Part shown: positions 24,742 through 34,284 of the stretch, in pieces
Layout of the letters: every line of letters begins with the position of its first letter
Position numbering within the stretch: position 1 is the first letter of the stretch
Origin: a virus
Lineage: Duplodnaviria > Heunggongvirae > Uroviricota > Caudoviricetes
Reading direction: 5' to 3' (one strand)
IMG/VR virus record: IMGVR_UViG_3300043399_000561
Length of the DNA stretch: 64,000 nucleotides
Position numbers and translations under genes: made by a program
The notes under the pieces: generated by a model
The model's input: only the letters and a program-made list of their open reading frames with translations
What the model was told of the DNA's origin: nothing
Database searches by the model: none

Positions 24742-25787
24742 AGCCCCAGAAAATATTGAATGATATGAAAGTGATCATCAAACAGGTCTTCCTCACGAAG
24801 ATCACCAATCGGTACCCACTTTGCCTTTTCAGCATCGTCAGCACCCTTCACCTTTGGCAATGTAACATCGTCTGCCAACTTGAAGTGGTATGCCTTCGTG
24901 ATAACACGACCAAGCGTAGAACGATAAGGATCGTCAAAGGTTTGATGGTCACGAATGCTACCACGCAATACAGCTTCCGGAACCTTGATCTTGGTTTCTT
25001 CACGAAGTTCACGAATAGCACCATCAAGCTGACGCTCAAATTCGTTTAGGTGACCGCCAGGCAATGCCCACAGTCCCTTACCAGGTTCTGCTTTACGCTT
25101 GACAAGCAGGATGTGACCACTCTGTTCAACTACTGCATCAACAGTGGCGTGCTTCACAGGATAGGGCGAAACTTCCCACTGCTTCTTGTAGTTACGAACG
25201 AACTTAAGTTCACTCTGCAATTGCTTAAAAGCATCGGTGTTATAAAAGTTTATAATGAACTGTAGAACGCTTTCAGGAATAGCATCATTATGAATAAACT
25301 CTCCCGACAACCACTTCTCCCGAATATAGGTAGCGTGAACATCAGCCTGAATCTCAACATTCACCGAGCGAAACTGTGGGAACATCTTTAGATAATAGCT
25401 GGTGTTATCCTTGCTAGCACCGATCAATCCAACCTTAGCATCGTTGAATCCATTTGCGCGGAAGCCGAAGTTGTTGACAACATCAAGCACAGTGTCCTTA
25501 ACGATATGCTGAACCTGATTGATCCAGGCAGCTTCGTTATATGTCTTGTCATAGAGTGGCTTGATGATCAGCCTAGATGCATCTCCGCCGCGCATAGCAC
25601 CAAAAATCATATCTGCTCGTTCTTGGAACGTGAATGGGTTACGGATCGTGCGGGCCTTACCTGCCGAACCTACGAGAACCAATACATTTTTAGATTTTTG
25701 TAGCGCAATATCGATAATACGCTTATGCTCGTTGTGTAGTGGCTGAAACCTACCTACAAAGACCAATAGGTCAAACTCTTTTTCCAT
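24738..25787 (-). CDS. natV: Bifunctional NMN adenylyltransferase / Nudix hydrolase (NadM-Nudix, NatV-like)
   Basis: N-terminal GRFQPLHNEH (HxGH nucleotidyltransferase motif); C-terminal Nudix box GGHLNEFERQLDGAIRELREETKI. Confidence 0.85.
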   Translation of the reverse strand: MEKEFDLLVFVGRFQPLHNEHKRIIDIALQKSKNVLVLVGSAGKARTIRNPFTFQERADMIFGAMRGGDASRLIIKPLYDKTYNEAAWINQVQHIVKDTVLDVVNNFGFRANGFNDAKVGLIGASKDNTSYYLKMFPQFRSVNVEIQADVHATYIREKWLSGEFIHNDAIPESVLQFIINFYNTDAFKQLQSELKFVRNYKKQWEVSPYPVKHATVDAVVEQSGHILLVKRKAEPGKGLWALPGGHLNEFERQLDGAIRELREETKIKVPEAVLRGSIRDHQTFDDPYRSTLGRVITKAYHFKLADDVTLPKVKGADDAEKAKWVPIGDLREEDLFDDHFHIIQYFLGL

Positions 25788-25883
25788 TGCTCAAAACTCC
25801 TTTGAAGCTATTTTAATGTAGCGAGTCTATCTCGCTACAGTCTTATTTATACTTGGAAAGTAGGATAAAGTCAATAACTTTCT

Positions 25884-26105
25884 TTACCCATTTTTATTAC
25901 GAATCACCGTAGTTACATTATGAATGTCGGTGTTCTGCCTACGAATCTGCCTACTGTTCAATGCCAATAAGTTAGCCATCTTGTTTACCTGCTCACTCAA
26001 ATGACGAACACGATCCTCTAGAAACTTGATTCTTTTTTCTGGATCGTTGGGTTGAACGGTAACTTCTTTGTGTTCAGTTATTTGATTTGTATACATCTTC
26101 TTCAT
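25884..26105 (-). CDS. Hypothetical small protein (73 aa)
   Basis: ORF track. Confidence 0.35.
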   Translation of the reverse strand: MKKMYTNQITEHKEVTVQPNDPEKRIKFLEDRVRHLSEQVNKMANLLALNSRQIRRQNTDIHNVTTVIRNKNG

Positions 26106-26114
26106 AGTGATTCC

Positions 26115-26297
26115 TTACACGGTATTTATGTCATACTTCAAAACAAGATAACTTACTAGAGGATGATCAGCAGGTTCAAACTCAATGATATAGCTCGTAT
26201 GTCTTTTGGTATAGGGCAAATGCTTTACACCAGATTCCTTAATCGCCTTGTCAACTTCTCTGAAATGCTGCCAGGGAACTAAAATCTTAGTTGTCAT
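26115..26297 (-). CDS. Hypothetical small protein (60 aa; trimmed to internal ATG MTTKILVP)
   Basis: Trimmed so it overlaps the upstream gene only at the stop-start junction. Confidence 0.3.
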   Translation of the reverse strand: MTTKILVPWQHFREVDKAIKESGVKHLPYTKRHTSYIIEFEPADHPLVSYLVLKYDINTV

Positions 26298-26823
26298 AAA
26301 GTTCCTCCTCAAAGTCCTCTTCCGATTCCAGCTTGTAGCCACGACCATCTTTCTCATAGTCAATGTAATAGTCTTCGTTGGGCATAAGCTTACGAATACC
26401 ATCTACAGTGAGTGATAGAAACAGAAAGTCTTTCTCATCGGAAATGCTGACAACATACCAGCTAGTCCCGCATCCTCCACCAAACACTTTTAACATACCG
26501 TGCTTGATATTATGATTTGTAAGTGCTTCTCTAAGCTGCATACCTTTGCTAGTAATCAACCTAATAGGTTCCTTCTTACCATTTAACCTGTCACGATCTT
26601 CTGGCGTCAATAGGCTTAATGTAGCGTTATTGTCTTCGTCAATTGTCAATAGGCAAGACTTGACCTTGATGCTACCTTTTGTGCTAGGATTGTCGGGAGT
26701 TTCTTTGGTTGACCACGGAACAGAACATTCAACGTGATTAACATAGTAGCTCTCACCCTTAGTTTTCAAGACCCACATGGGAATTGATGGATCGGTGAGG
26801 TGACCCTTATTGAAATGGAACAC
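26287..26823 (-). CDS. Hypothetical protein (178 aa)
   Basis: ORF track. Confidence 0.45.
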   Translation of the reverse strand: MFHFNKGHLTDPSIPMWVLKTKGESYYVNHVECSVPWSTKETPDNPSTKGSIKVKSCLLTIDEDNNATLSLLTPEDRDRLNGKKEPIRLITSKGMQLREALTNHNIKHGMLKVFGGGCGTSWYVVSISDEKDFLFLSLTVDGIRKLMPNEDYYIDYEKDGRGYKLESEEDFEEELYDN

Positions 26824-26886
26824 AACGTCCTTACAAGCTAATTCAACTTTCTATGCCATTTTACTTTCTCCTTTAGTTAGCATTCA

Positions 26887-27171
26887 TTAATATTTATATG
26901 GTAGAATATATTGTTCTTCAAAATATTCTTCTGTGTATAGTATTGCTTTATCTGCAAAATACAACTTAAGCCAAGTTTCTTCTTTGTCAGTATAAGCGTA
27001 AATCTTGGCAGGATCTCTTTTTCCTGCTATCTTAACCGGTTGCCTAGTTCCTATGTCTACAAAATCCAGATAGTGTTGTTCACCGGGTTCGCATTCAATC
27101 TTGGACCGAAGCAGCCACTCAATATCATCTTGAGTGAGTGCTTCGGTAATGATCCAAGTCTTTTTGATCAC
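26887..27171 (-). CDS. Hypothetical protein (94 aa, GTG start)
   Basis: ORF track. Confidence 0.35.
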   Translation of the reverse strand: MIKKTWIITEALTQDDIEWLLRSKIECEPGEQHYLDFVDIGTRQPVKIAGKRDPAKIYAYTDKEETWLKLYFADKAILYTEEYFEEQYILPYKY

Positions 27172-27329
27172 ACTAATTCTTCAACGACACCAATTATTTC
27201 AGCAAGCAATAACATTCCCGCAAGAACGGCAATTGAACCCGTTCCCCAAGCTACAGCACATCCTAAAATACGAATGCCGCTCTTTGCAAAACTAATAATC
27301 TGATGCAGTCTAGGATCAGGCTGTTCCAT
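27168..27329 (-). CDS. Small hydrophobic protein (53 aa), translationally coupled to the peroxiredoxin gene
   Basis: MEQPDPRLHQIISFAKSGIRILGCAVAWGTGSIAVLAGMLLLAEIIGVVEELV. Its ATG overlaps the peroxiredoxin TAA as TAATG. Below the ORF-track size cutoff. Confidence 0.35.
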   Translation of the reverse strand: MEQPDPRLHQIISFAKSGIRILGCAVAWGTGSIAVLAGMLLLAEIIGVVEELV

Positions 27330-27865
27330 TATTCACCTCGCAAATAAGCAAGAACATTTTCAGGTGAAGTTTCACCATATGGGTCAGTTGTGCAGTTATG
27401 CTCAATGCCGGGCTCAATGAACCACTTTTCAATAACACCATTATCGATAATAACTGCATAGCGCCAAGAACGAACACCAAATCCAAGATTGTCCTTCTGA
27501 ACAAGCATATTCATCTGGCTAGTGAAATAACCAGAACCATCTGGAATAACCTTAACATTCTGCAATCCTTGATCTTGCGCCCACTTATTCATAACAAAAC
27601 TGTCATTCACAGAAACACAGTAGATTTCATCAATCCCGAGTTCCTTGAACTTTTCATAGTTCTGTTCAAAGCCCGGAAGCTGATAAGTTGAGCAAGTTGG
27701 GGTGAACGCTCCGGGGAGCGAAAACAATACTACTCGCTTACCTGCGAAATAGTCGTAACTTGATACATCCTGCCAGCGATAGGGATTTGGTCCTTCAATA
27801 GAATCATCACGGACACGAGTCTTAAAGACTACAGCAGGAACAATTTGTGGAAGTTGATCAGTCAT
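27329..27865 (-). CDS. Peroxiredoxin, Prx5-like (glutaredoxin/thioredoxin-dependent thiol peroxidase)
   Basis: Peroxidatic Cys motif LPGAFTPTCS; 178 aa. Confidence 0.75.
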   Translation of the reverse strand: MTDQLPQIVPAVVFKTRVRDDSIEGPNPYRWQDVSSYDYFAGKRVVLFSLPGAFTPTCSTYQLPGFEQNYEKFKELGIDEIYCVSVNDSFVMNKWAQDQGLQNVKVIPDGSGYFTSQMNMLVQKDNLGFGVRSWRYAVIIDNGVIEKWFIEPGIEHNCTTDPYGETSPENVLAYLRGE

Positions 27866-27882
27866 ATTTTTCCTTTAGTATA

Positions 27883-27957
27883 TGGCGCGCTCGGTGGGAT
27901 TCGAACCCACTGTCTCGGGCTTTAGAGACCCTTGCAATACCATTTAGCCTCGGGCGC
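27883..27957 (-). tRNA. Isolated atypical tRNA-like gene (8-nt anticodon loop, 1-nt variable region)
   Basis: Acceptor with one C:A mismatch, T-arm GTGGG TTCGAAT CCCAC and CCA. The only stem available for the anticodon is GTCTC/GAGAC around loop TAAAGCCC. Sits just upstream of the peroxiredoxin gene. Confidence 0.4.
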
Positions 27958-28001
27958 GTTTAATTTCTATGTTGAGAATATATCAGTTATTACAATGATA
28001 A

Positions 28002-28256
28002 TCAATTAATTTGGGTATCTTTGTGACCCTGAATAAACTTCTTTTCTTGGAATGTTCTTTCCTTAAAGAACTTGCGAGGATTACCGCACATTGAACAATC
28101 AGGATCACCGCAATTCAATGAATGCATCTTAGCATAGCGATGGGGCTGATTCTTAGTATGATTGATACCGTGACATTTAGCAATGCGCTTCTGTCGTTCA
28201 ATGGCAACTTGTGTCCTAGCGCGGCGAGTTGATTTCTTAAGTCTGTTATCGCTCAT
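28002..28256 (-). CDS. Small basic zinc-finger protein (84 aa)
   Basis: Lys/Arg-rich; CHG...CGDPDCSMCG. Confidence 0.4.
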   Translation of the reverse strand: MSDNRLKKSTRRARTQVAIERQKRIAKCHGINHTKNQPHRYAKMHSLNCGDPDCSMCGNPRKFFKERTFQEKKFIQGHKDTQIN

Positions 28257-28391
28257 TTCTTTCTCGTTTTGGGAGTGTGGCAGTTTTTTCTATTGTCTAG
28301 ATTTTGTTTCTGTTGGGTTGGTAACCAACCCATCGTACCGACGTTGTTCTGAGCTATTACTTTTTCTATAAACTTTTTACCTGCACCTAAT

Positions 28392-28967
28392 CTATTCAAA
28401 TCCATTTAATTCTCTCACTATCCAACCTAATTTGAGTAGGTCCTCTCTTATTTCGTCGGTGACTTCACTTTCACCTACAGTACCTTCACCGTCGTGTCTT
28501 CCAATCCCAGAACAATACCAATCGATATAGTCACCCTCTTCTCGCATATCAGCAATTATGCCTCCTGCATAACGCCAACTACAGCTCCAAGCTTCTCCCT
28601 TTAATACAGGCCAAACATCATTTTTGATGAATTCATTATTACACATAGCAGCATAAAGGTTCTGTGCGTATGCATCGCTTTCACGAACCTTTATCAATAT
28701 CCAGTCTGTAGATCGAAGATCATATTCGAGATTGTTTTTCTGCCATTCTGGATCTTGTTCTCGGTCTTTCTTAAGCTGGTCCCAAGTTCGGTACCACTCA
28801 AGCATCTTATCAGTTTCAGGATCGTCTATTAGGCCCTTTTCAGTCTGTCTTTCTACATACTTATCACGCTGAAAAGTGTTGCGTTCAGGGCTTCTTGATA
28901 TCGTCATACTTTTTTGCTCTACTAAACATCCAAGATACCAAAATATAAACTCCAATAGGAACAGCAA
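28392..28967 (-). CDS. Hypothetical Trp- and acidic-rich protein with hydrophobic N-terminus
   Basis: ORF track. Confidence 0.4.
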   Translation of the reverse strand: MLFLLEFIFWYLGCLVEQKSMTISRSPERNTFQRDKYVERQTEKGLIDDPETDKMLEWYRTWDQLKKDREQDPEWQKNNLEYDLRSTDWILIKVRESDAYAQNLYAAMCNNEFIKNDVWPVLKGEAWSCSWRYAGGIIADMREEGDYIDWYCSGIGRHDGEGTVGESEVTDEIREDLLKLGWIVRELNGFE

Positions 28968-29021
28968 CTCCAGTTACTACTACGGTCCCTATCATAGCTA
29001 AAAAGTTAAGAAATATTTCTA

Positions 29022-29234
29022 TCATCGTTTTATCTTTCGCAACTTACTATTTATATAGTATATTGCTATGAAGGGCGAAACGACCAAAACGCCTATCAAG
29101 AATAAAATTATCATCATTAACGACAATAACTCATCTGATAGGCGTTTTAACATTATACTACTTGAAACAAAACTAAAGCAAGAATTCCAGTTAGATATAG
29201 GAATGTTCTTCCCCAGCCCGAGTAGACCAACCAA
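29022..29234 (-). CDS. Small membrane protein (70 aa)
   Basis: Hydrophobic core LMMIILFLIGVLVVSPFIAIYYI. Confidence 0.35.
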   Translation of the reverse strand: MVGLLGLGKNIPISNWNSCFSFVSSSIMLKRLSDELLSLMMIILFLIGVLVVSPFIAIYYINSKLRKIKR

Positions 29235-29235
29235 T

Positions 29236-29457
29236 TCATTCTACGAACTCCAAACTAGTAACAACTGCGCTTTCATATTCAGCAAGACCGCGGTGTTCGT
29301 CTTCAACTAACTCCTTCAACTCATATGCTAAACTCTTTTCGGGAGTAGGATGAACAACAAAATGGTTTCGCTGATGGTAGGATATTAAATCCTCAATTGA
29401 AGAAAATCTATCTTCATCAAAATGAACATCAAATTCAATAACAGCACGAACACGCAT
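29236..29457 (-). CDS. Hypothetical small acidic protein (73 aa)
   Basis: ORF track. Confidence 0.35.
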   Translation of the reverse strand: MRVRAVIEFDVHFDEDRFSSIEDLISYHQRNHFVVHPTPEKSLAYELKELVEDEHRGLAEYESAVVTSLEFVE

Positions 29458-29526
29458 TTTACATTCTCCGTAGCAATCTATTAGAATCTCACTATATGTT
29501 ATTTATGTTCCTAAGTCAACCAAAAA

Positions 29527-29560
29527 AATAGCCTCTTTCGAGGCTATTTTCTTTTATTGA
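29527..29560. terminator. Bidirectional rho-independent terminator
   Basis: AAAAAAAT AGCCTC TTTCG GAGGCT ATTTTCTTTTATT; lies immediately 3' of the TonB-dependent receptor gene. Confidence 0.65.
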
Positions 29561-29570
29561 GATTGTAACA

Positions 29571-31811
29571 TTAAAAGTGAAGTCCCAACGAGACTCCATA
29601 TGTCCTGGGCTCTCTAGCAAAAGCCAAAGACCAAAGACCTACTAGGTTTCCTGCGGCGTGAACTGGGCCTCTAGAATTAAGTAAATTGTGACCCCAAAAT
29701 GTCAACTTAGCATCTGCGCCATTAAGTGAAAACGATGTAGCTACACTTGCATCTAATAGATTCAGCGCAGGTGAGCGAACACCTGGGTCCATTGTCAATA
29801 CTTTATAATTTTGTGTCCCGTTTGCATTTGAACTTAGTAAAATTCCAGGTCCTTGCGAATTATAAACATCGTGTGGACCTACGTAACGATAAGCAAGATT
29901 AAAATTAACATTTTTTAGTGTATAATTAACACTCGCTGTTCCCATAAACTTTGGAGCGTAGATCATATCTACACTAGACAAGTCGTAGGTATCAGTCAAT
30001 GGAGCCAAATTCGGGTTAGGAGAATTAATAACAAATCCATTATAACTCGTCTTTAATGCAGAAAATGAACCATTAAATGTTAAATTATTAACTGGCTTAT
30101 ATGAAAGTTCTAGCTCAACGCCTTTAATGTTGCTTGAAGCAACATTCGCAATTACGACCTCATTTCCGGTTGGGCCTCCTGGAATATTAGTAATTTGCTG
30201 CATACCTTTATATTTTGCAACAAATCCAGCAAGTGATATATTCAGTTTGTTATCAAACAAAGAAACCTTGGTTCCTAATTCAAAAGAATCAACAATCTCT
30301 GGATTGAATGGTGTAGTTGCTGATACAGGAGTCAGTCCGCGTAAAGAAAATCCGCCCGAACGATAACCCTGAGACCAAGAAGCATATACCATAGTATCCT
30401 TGTTTATATGATAATCCACGCTAACTCTAGGAGTAAATCTATTGAAATTCTTAGATGAGTCTCCTAGTTGATAGAAGAAGAACTGGTTTAACCACTTCTT
30501 GTCGTGAGTCCATCTGCCCCCCAATTCTAATCGCAAGTTGTCAGTAATATTTGCGTTAACATCACTGAAGAAAGCGTAAGAAGTTGTTCCTCCCTTAGCA
30601 ACTTGAGCATTAGGTAACGAAAGAGAACCCCCGACCCACGAACCAAAGAATCTAGTGTTCATTGCGTGGTAGTAGCGACCATCATAGAAATAAGCACCAA
30701 CTACATAATCAATAGAATTATTAATGTTGCCTGCTGCTCTCAACTCTTGACTATATTGACGAAATGTTTGTTGTCTATAGATAGCAGAAAAATCCAATGA
30801 AGTTCCGTCAAAATCCTGCCACTGATATTCGGTTGACTTCCTATAAGATGAAATGGATGTTAGCTTGACTGCATCAAGATCGTAATTCATTTCCAACGTC
30901 ACTGATGGAGCAGAAAAATATGTTTTAGGTTCGTTACCATCAATAGTATTTCCAAAAACAGTGTATAAATCAGAAGTTAGATTGCGATTGCATTGGTTAG
31001 AAGGAATTAATGCACAAAGATATTCGCCGTTTTTAGTTGTCGAAGAAACATAAGGATTTGATTCTTGAATCTGCTTCTCAACAGTTAATAAAGCATTAAA
31101 ATTATTGCTGGGTTCATATAAGAAACTTGCACCGAAGTTTTCATTATTATATCCTCCTACACTCTTTCCATCAGATGCTCGGTGTAGGAAGCCGTCGCTT
31201 TGACTATGAAAATACCAAAGCTTAGTAGAAATAGAGTCTGCCAACTTAGGCAAGTTTACTACTGTTTTTGCAGTGTATGAATTATAATTTCCGTAAGATA
31301 CATCTGCCTTAACATCAAGTCTGCCTAGAGGTCTTGTTCTCTTGATATTAATTACGCCGCCTATAGTGTTTCTACCGAACAGAGTTCCCTGAGGACCTCT
31401 CAAAATTTCAAGTTGTGAAGTATCATACAAATCCAAATATTGTCCAGTGCTTGTTCCGATAAAGACACCGTCAACCACTACAGCAACTGTTGGGTCATAG
31501 GATTTTTCAACATCAGCAAATGACATTCCCCTGATAGATACACTTGCTGTTCCGGCTGCCGAAGGCTGTGCGTTGAAAAGCACATTTGGGGCAATGCCCA
31601 TCAAGTCGCCGGTGTTTACATTACCGCGAAGATCCAGCGTTTTTGAATCAATTGCAGTGATGGCGATAGGAGTATTTCGTAGTTCTTCGTTTCTGTATCT
31701 AGCAGTAACGATGATATCATTGGGATTTTCTGTCTCAATTTTATTAGGTGCAGCGATTGCACTAGTTGATGCTAATAATGAAAGACATAGCCCAAATAAA
31801 TATTTCTTCAT
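29571..31811 (-). CDS. TonB-dependent outer-membrane receptor/transporter
   Basis: Start trimmed to MKKYLFGLCLSLLASTSAIA (signal peptide) with RBS AAGGAAAG. TonB-box-like DIIVTA, plug domain, about 700 aa of beta-barrel sequence, terminal aromatic ...LGLHF. Confidence 0.8.
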   Translation of the reverse strand: MKKYLFGLCLSLLASTSAIAAPNKIETENPNDIIVTARYRNEELRNTPIAITAIDSKTLDLRGNVNTGDLMGIAPNVLFNAQPSAAGTASVSIRGMSFADVEKSYDPTVAVVVDGVFIGTSTGQYLDLYDTSQLEILRGPQGTLFGRNTIGGVINIKRTRPLGRLDVKADVSYGNYNSYTAKTVVNLPKLADSISTKLWYFHSQSDGFLHRASDGKSVGGYNNENFGASFLYEPSNNFNALLTVEKQIQESNPYVSSTTKNGEYLCALIPSNQCNRNLTSDLYTVFGNTIDGNEPKTYFSAPSVTLEMNYDLDAVKLTSISSYRKSTEYQWQDFDGTSLDFSAIYRQQTFRQYSQELRAAGNINNSIDYVVGAYFYDGRYYHAMNTRFFGSWVGGSLSLPNAQVAKGGTTSYAFFSDVNANITDNLRLELGGRWTHDKKWLNQFFFYQLGDSSKNFNRFTPRVSVDYHINKDTMVYASWSQGYRSGGFSLRGLTPVSATTPFNPEIVDSFELGTKVSLFDNKLNISLAGFVAKYKGMQQITNIPGGPTGNEVVIANVASSNIKGVELELSYKPVNNLTFNGSFSALKTSYNGFVINSPNPNLAPLTDTYDLSSVDMIYAPKFMGTASVNYTLKNVNFNLAYRYVGPHDVYNSQGPGILLSSNANGTQNYKVLTMDPGVRSPALNLLDASVATSFSLNGADAKLTFWGHNLLNSRGPVHAAGNLVGLWSLAFAREPRTYGVSLGLHF

Positions 31812-31913
31812 ATTTCTTTCCTTTATACTAATAATTATCTGAAATAATATGTTCCAAAAAAAATCCAGATAAGGCGGTGCCCACTCTTTCAAGCGGGCAC
31901 CCATTTTATCTAC

Positions 31914-33293
31914 TTACTTAGAAGTTTCTTTCTTAGCAGGTTTTGCGTTAGGTGCACCCAACTTAGTGATTACACCGTTGACAAGAGCCTGACCTTCTTC
32001 TGTCTGGCTAAGAGCAGTCAACATACCTGCAATGCTAGTTCCGCCCGCCGGGCTGAACACGCCTGCAAGATTAGACATACCGCTCTGTACATCACCGCCG
32101 TTAGCGATGATCTTAAGATCAGCAGCCTTAATAGCTCCAGCCATTTCCTTACCAACAGCTTCGGTAGCTTCAACATTACGAATCTTGATGAGATAATCCT
32201 GATAACTCTGGTTCTCACCGATTTCCTTAGCAAGCGTCATTTGAGCGTTAACCGGGGCAAGCAAGATAGCCTTTTCAGCTTCACCCTTAGCGATACCCTC
32301 AGCCTGAATACCTTCTGCATTCTTGAGAGTAGCCTGTAGATTACCTTCTGCAATCTTAATTGCAGCTTCACGCTCGGCTTCTGCACTCACCACCTTGACT
32401 CGCTGATCCTGCTCTGCCTTAACAACAGCAACTTCACGCTCGATTTCAGCAGTCTTGACGCTCTGAACCTTCTGTACTTCCATCTGTCGTTCAGCAGTAG
32501 TCTTAGCTTCTGCCTGAACTTCCTGCTCACTCTTTTCCTGAGCGATGCCGACGATCTTTTCCTTTTCGGCTTCACGAAGACCGACAGTCTGTTCAGCTTC
32601 TGTCTTGCTCAATGCAATCTGTCGCTGGGCTTCAATTTCTCGGGATTCAGCTTCCTGCAAGTTCTTCGCAACTTCCATACGACTTTCCTTTTCAATAAAG
32701 GACTTTTTCTTCGCCATAATGTTGTGAATAACCTGGCTGTTCTGTGCGTCACGAATGTTCATAAACTCAATAGTCTTAACAGTCTGGACACCCCATTCCT
32801 TAAGACCTTCGTCAACAACAGCAGAGAATTCTGCGCCCATTGTAGCACGATCTGTCATAATGTGATCAAGGGTATACTTAGCAAGAACATTACGAACAGC
32901 ACCTTGTAGAACACCAGATAGCTGATCCTTGAGTTCCTGGAAGTTAGAAACACGCTGGGCAGCAGTCTGACTATCGCTTACTCGGAAGAATGCACGAACG
33001 TCTACGAGAAATTCAAGACGATCAACGTCATATGCATCGTAATTGAGCAGGTTCAAGTCAAACACTGACAATGGGAACTTACTGACTGTGACACCGATCT
33101 TGGGAATCCAGCTGGGGAATTCATAGTAGCTGTTGCCGGCTTCAAGTCCAGACCCATATGAGATAGACTTCTTACCTGACTGAACGATATGCACTTCGTT
33201 AGTAGGGACAACAACGCGCCAAAAGAGGGCGCAAATAATGCTAATGCCGACAATAGCAGCAAGAGCAATCAAACCAATAAAAATCATATTCAA
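31914..33293 (-). CDS. SPFH/band-7 (flotillin/YqiK-like) membrane protein
   Basis: N-terminal TM helix, SPFH core, long Glu/Ala/Lys-rich coiled coil (EAQRQIALSKTEAEQ...), Gly/Ala-rich C-terminus. Confidence 0.75.
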   Translation of the reverse strand: MNMIFIGLIALAAIVGISIICALFWRVVVPTNEVHIVQSGKKSISYGSGLEAGNSYYEFPSWIPKIGVTVSKFPLSVFDLNLLNYDAYDVDRLEFLVDVRAFFRVSDSQTAAQRVSNFQELKDQLSGVLQGAVRNVLAKYTLDHIMTDRATMGAEFSAVVDEGLKEWGVQTVKTIEFMNIRDAQNSQVIHNIMAKKKSFIEKESRMEVAKNLQEAESREIEAQRQIALSKTEAEQTVGLREAEKEKIVGIAQEKSEQEVQAEAKTTAERQMEVQKVQSVKTAEIEREVAVVKAEQDQRVKVVSAEAEREAAIKIAEGNLQATLKNAEGIQAEGIAKGEAEKAILLAPVNAQMTLAKEIGENQSYQDYLIKIRNVEATEAVGKEMAGAIKAADLKIIANGGDVQSGMSNLAGVFSPAGGTSIAGMLTALSQTEEGQALVNGVITKLGAPNAKPAKKETSK

Positions 33294-33299
33294 TATTCC

Positions 33300-33821
33300 T
33301 TAGTTAGAGTTAGAGGTAAGAACAACGATAGTAGGATCGCTGATACGAAACGGCTTGTCACTGTAAAGGTACTTACCAGCCCACTGAAAATACTGACCAT
33401 CAGTAGTCCAGAAGAACACATAAGGGGTAGAGTTACCATAAGTGCCTTCATCGCTAGGAGCTTCGACTACTTCATAGCTACATCCGCCACCTGCGACGCC
33501 AAGACACTGAAATTCCTGAGGGCGAGTCAGTCGCTTGCCACCAGAAGTGATCTTACCCTTGACACTTGCATACATTACGGGCTTGCCCATTTCATTAAGC
33601 AATAGAACGAATCCGATCTGACCCGGATTACTTGTCAATTCAAGACGCTGCTTGATATTGTCAATTTCAGCATTTTCATTAAACTTAATTGAATTAGCGG
33701 CAGCAGCAGCCTTTTCAGCTTGAACATCCTTAGCAGTCTTTGGCTCAGACTGAACATCACACCCAGCAAGAGCAAATGATGCTGCAAGAGCAGCAACAAT
33801 TCCAAACTTATTCATAATCAT
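33300..33821 (-). CDS. Lipoprotein (lipobox LAGC), unknown function
   Basis: MNKFGIVAALAASFALAGCD. Confidence 0.5.
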   Translation of the reverse strand: MIMNKFGIVAALAASFALAGCDVQSEPKTAKDVQAEKAAAAANSIKFNENAEIDNIKQRLELTSNPGQIGFVLLLNEMGKPVMYASVKGKITSGGKRLTRPQEFQCLGVAGGGCSYEVVEAPSDEGTYGNSTPYVFFWTTDGQYFQWAGKYLYSDKPFRISDPTIVVLTSNSN

Positions 33822-33825
33822 TTCC

Positions 33826-34224
33826 TTATTCGCAAACAGTTACATCAAGTTCGTAGGGAAGGTTGCGATCCTTAAACAGCCCACGATTAAGCTTCTTACT
33901 ATCAGCATTATAGCCATTAGCAAGTTCTCGGCAGCTTTGCTTCATACCCGAGAGTTCGATCCTAAGATTAGTCTTTTCAGTAGGATCAGTCGTTTCTGCA
34001 AGCAATGCCTTGTGTTCCTTAATCTGCGAAACACGAGATTCATAGTTTGCATTAACATCGAAGAATCGTTCATAATTGAAAACGATGTTGTTGGTTTCAA
34101 GTGTCTTGTTGATGACACGGCCGGGAGCAGTAGCAGCGGTATTAAAAACACCGAGATAAGTGCATCCTACCGGGACTGCAACCAGAATTAGGGCACCAAC
34201 TGCCACTATGCGTAATACGGACAT
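33826..34224 (-). CDS. Lipoprotein or membrane-anchored protein (VGCT), first gene of the operon; start trimmed to MSVLRIV
   Basis: RBS AAAGGAG 7 nt upstream of this ATG. Confidence 0.5.
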   Translation of the reverse strand: MSVLRIVAVGALILVAVPVGCTYLGVFNTAATAPGRVINKTLETNNIVFNYERFFDVNANYESRVSQIKEHKALLAETTDPTEKTNLRIELSGMKQSCRELANGYNADSKKLNRGLFKDRNLPYELDVTVCE

Positions 34225-34255
34225 TTTTACTCCTTTATGCCGTTGTAATAATATA

Positions 34256-34284
34256 GTTATATGTGAATGTATAGAGAATGTCAA
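34256..34284 (-). promoter_or_regulatory. Strong sigma70-type promoter TTGACA-N17-TATAAC for the lipoprotein / SPFH / TonB-receptor operon
   Basis: Minus strand reads CTTGACA TTCTCTATACATTCACA TATAAC, then AAAGGAG and ATG. Confidence 0.65.
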
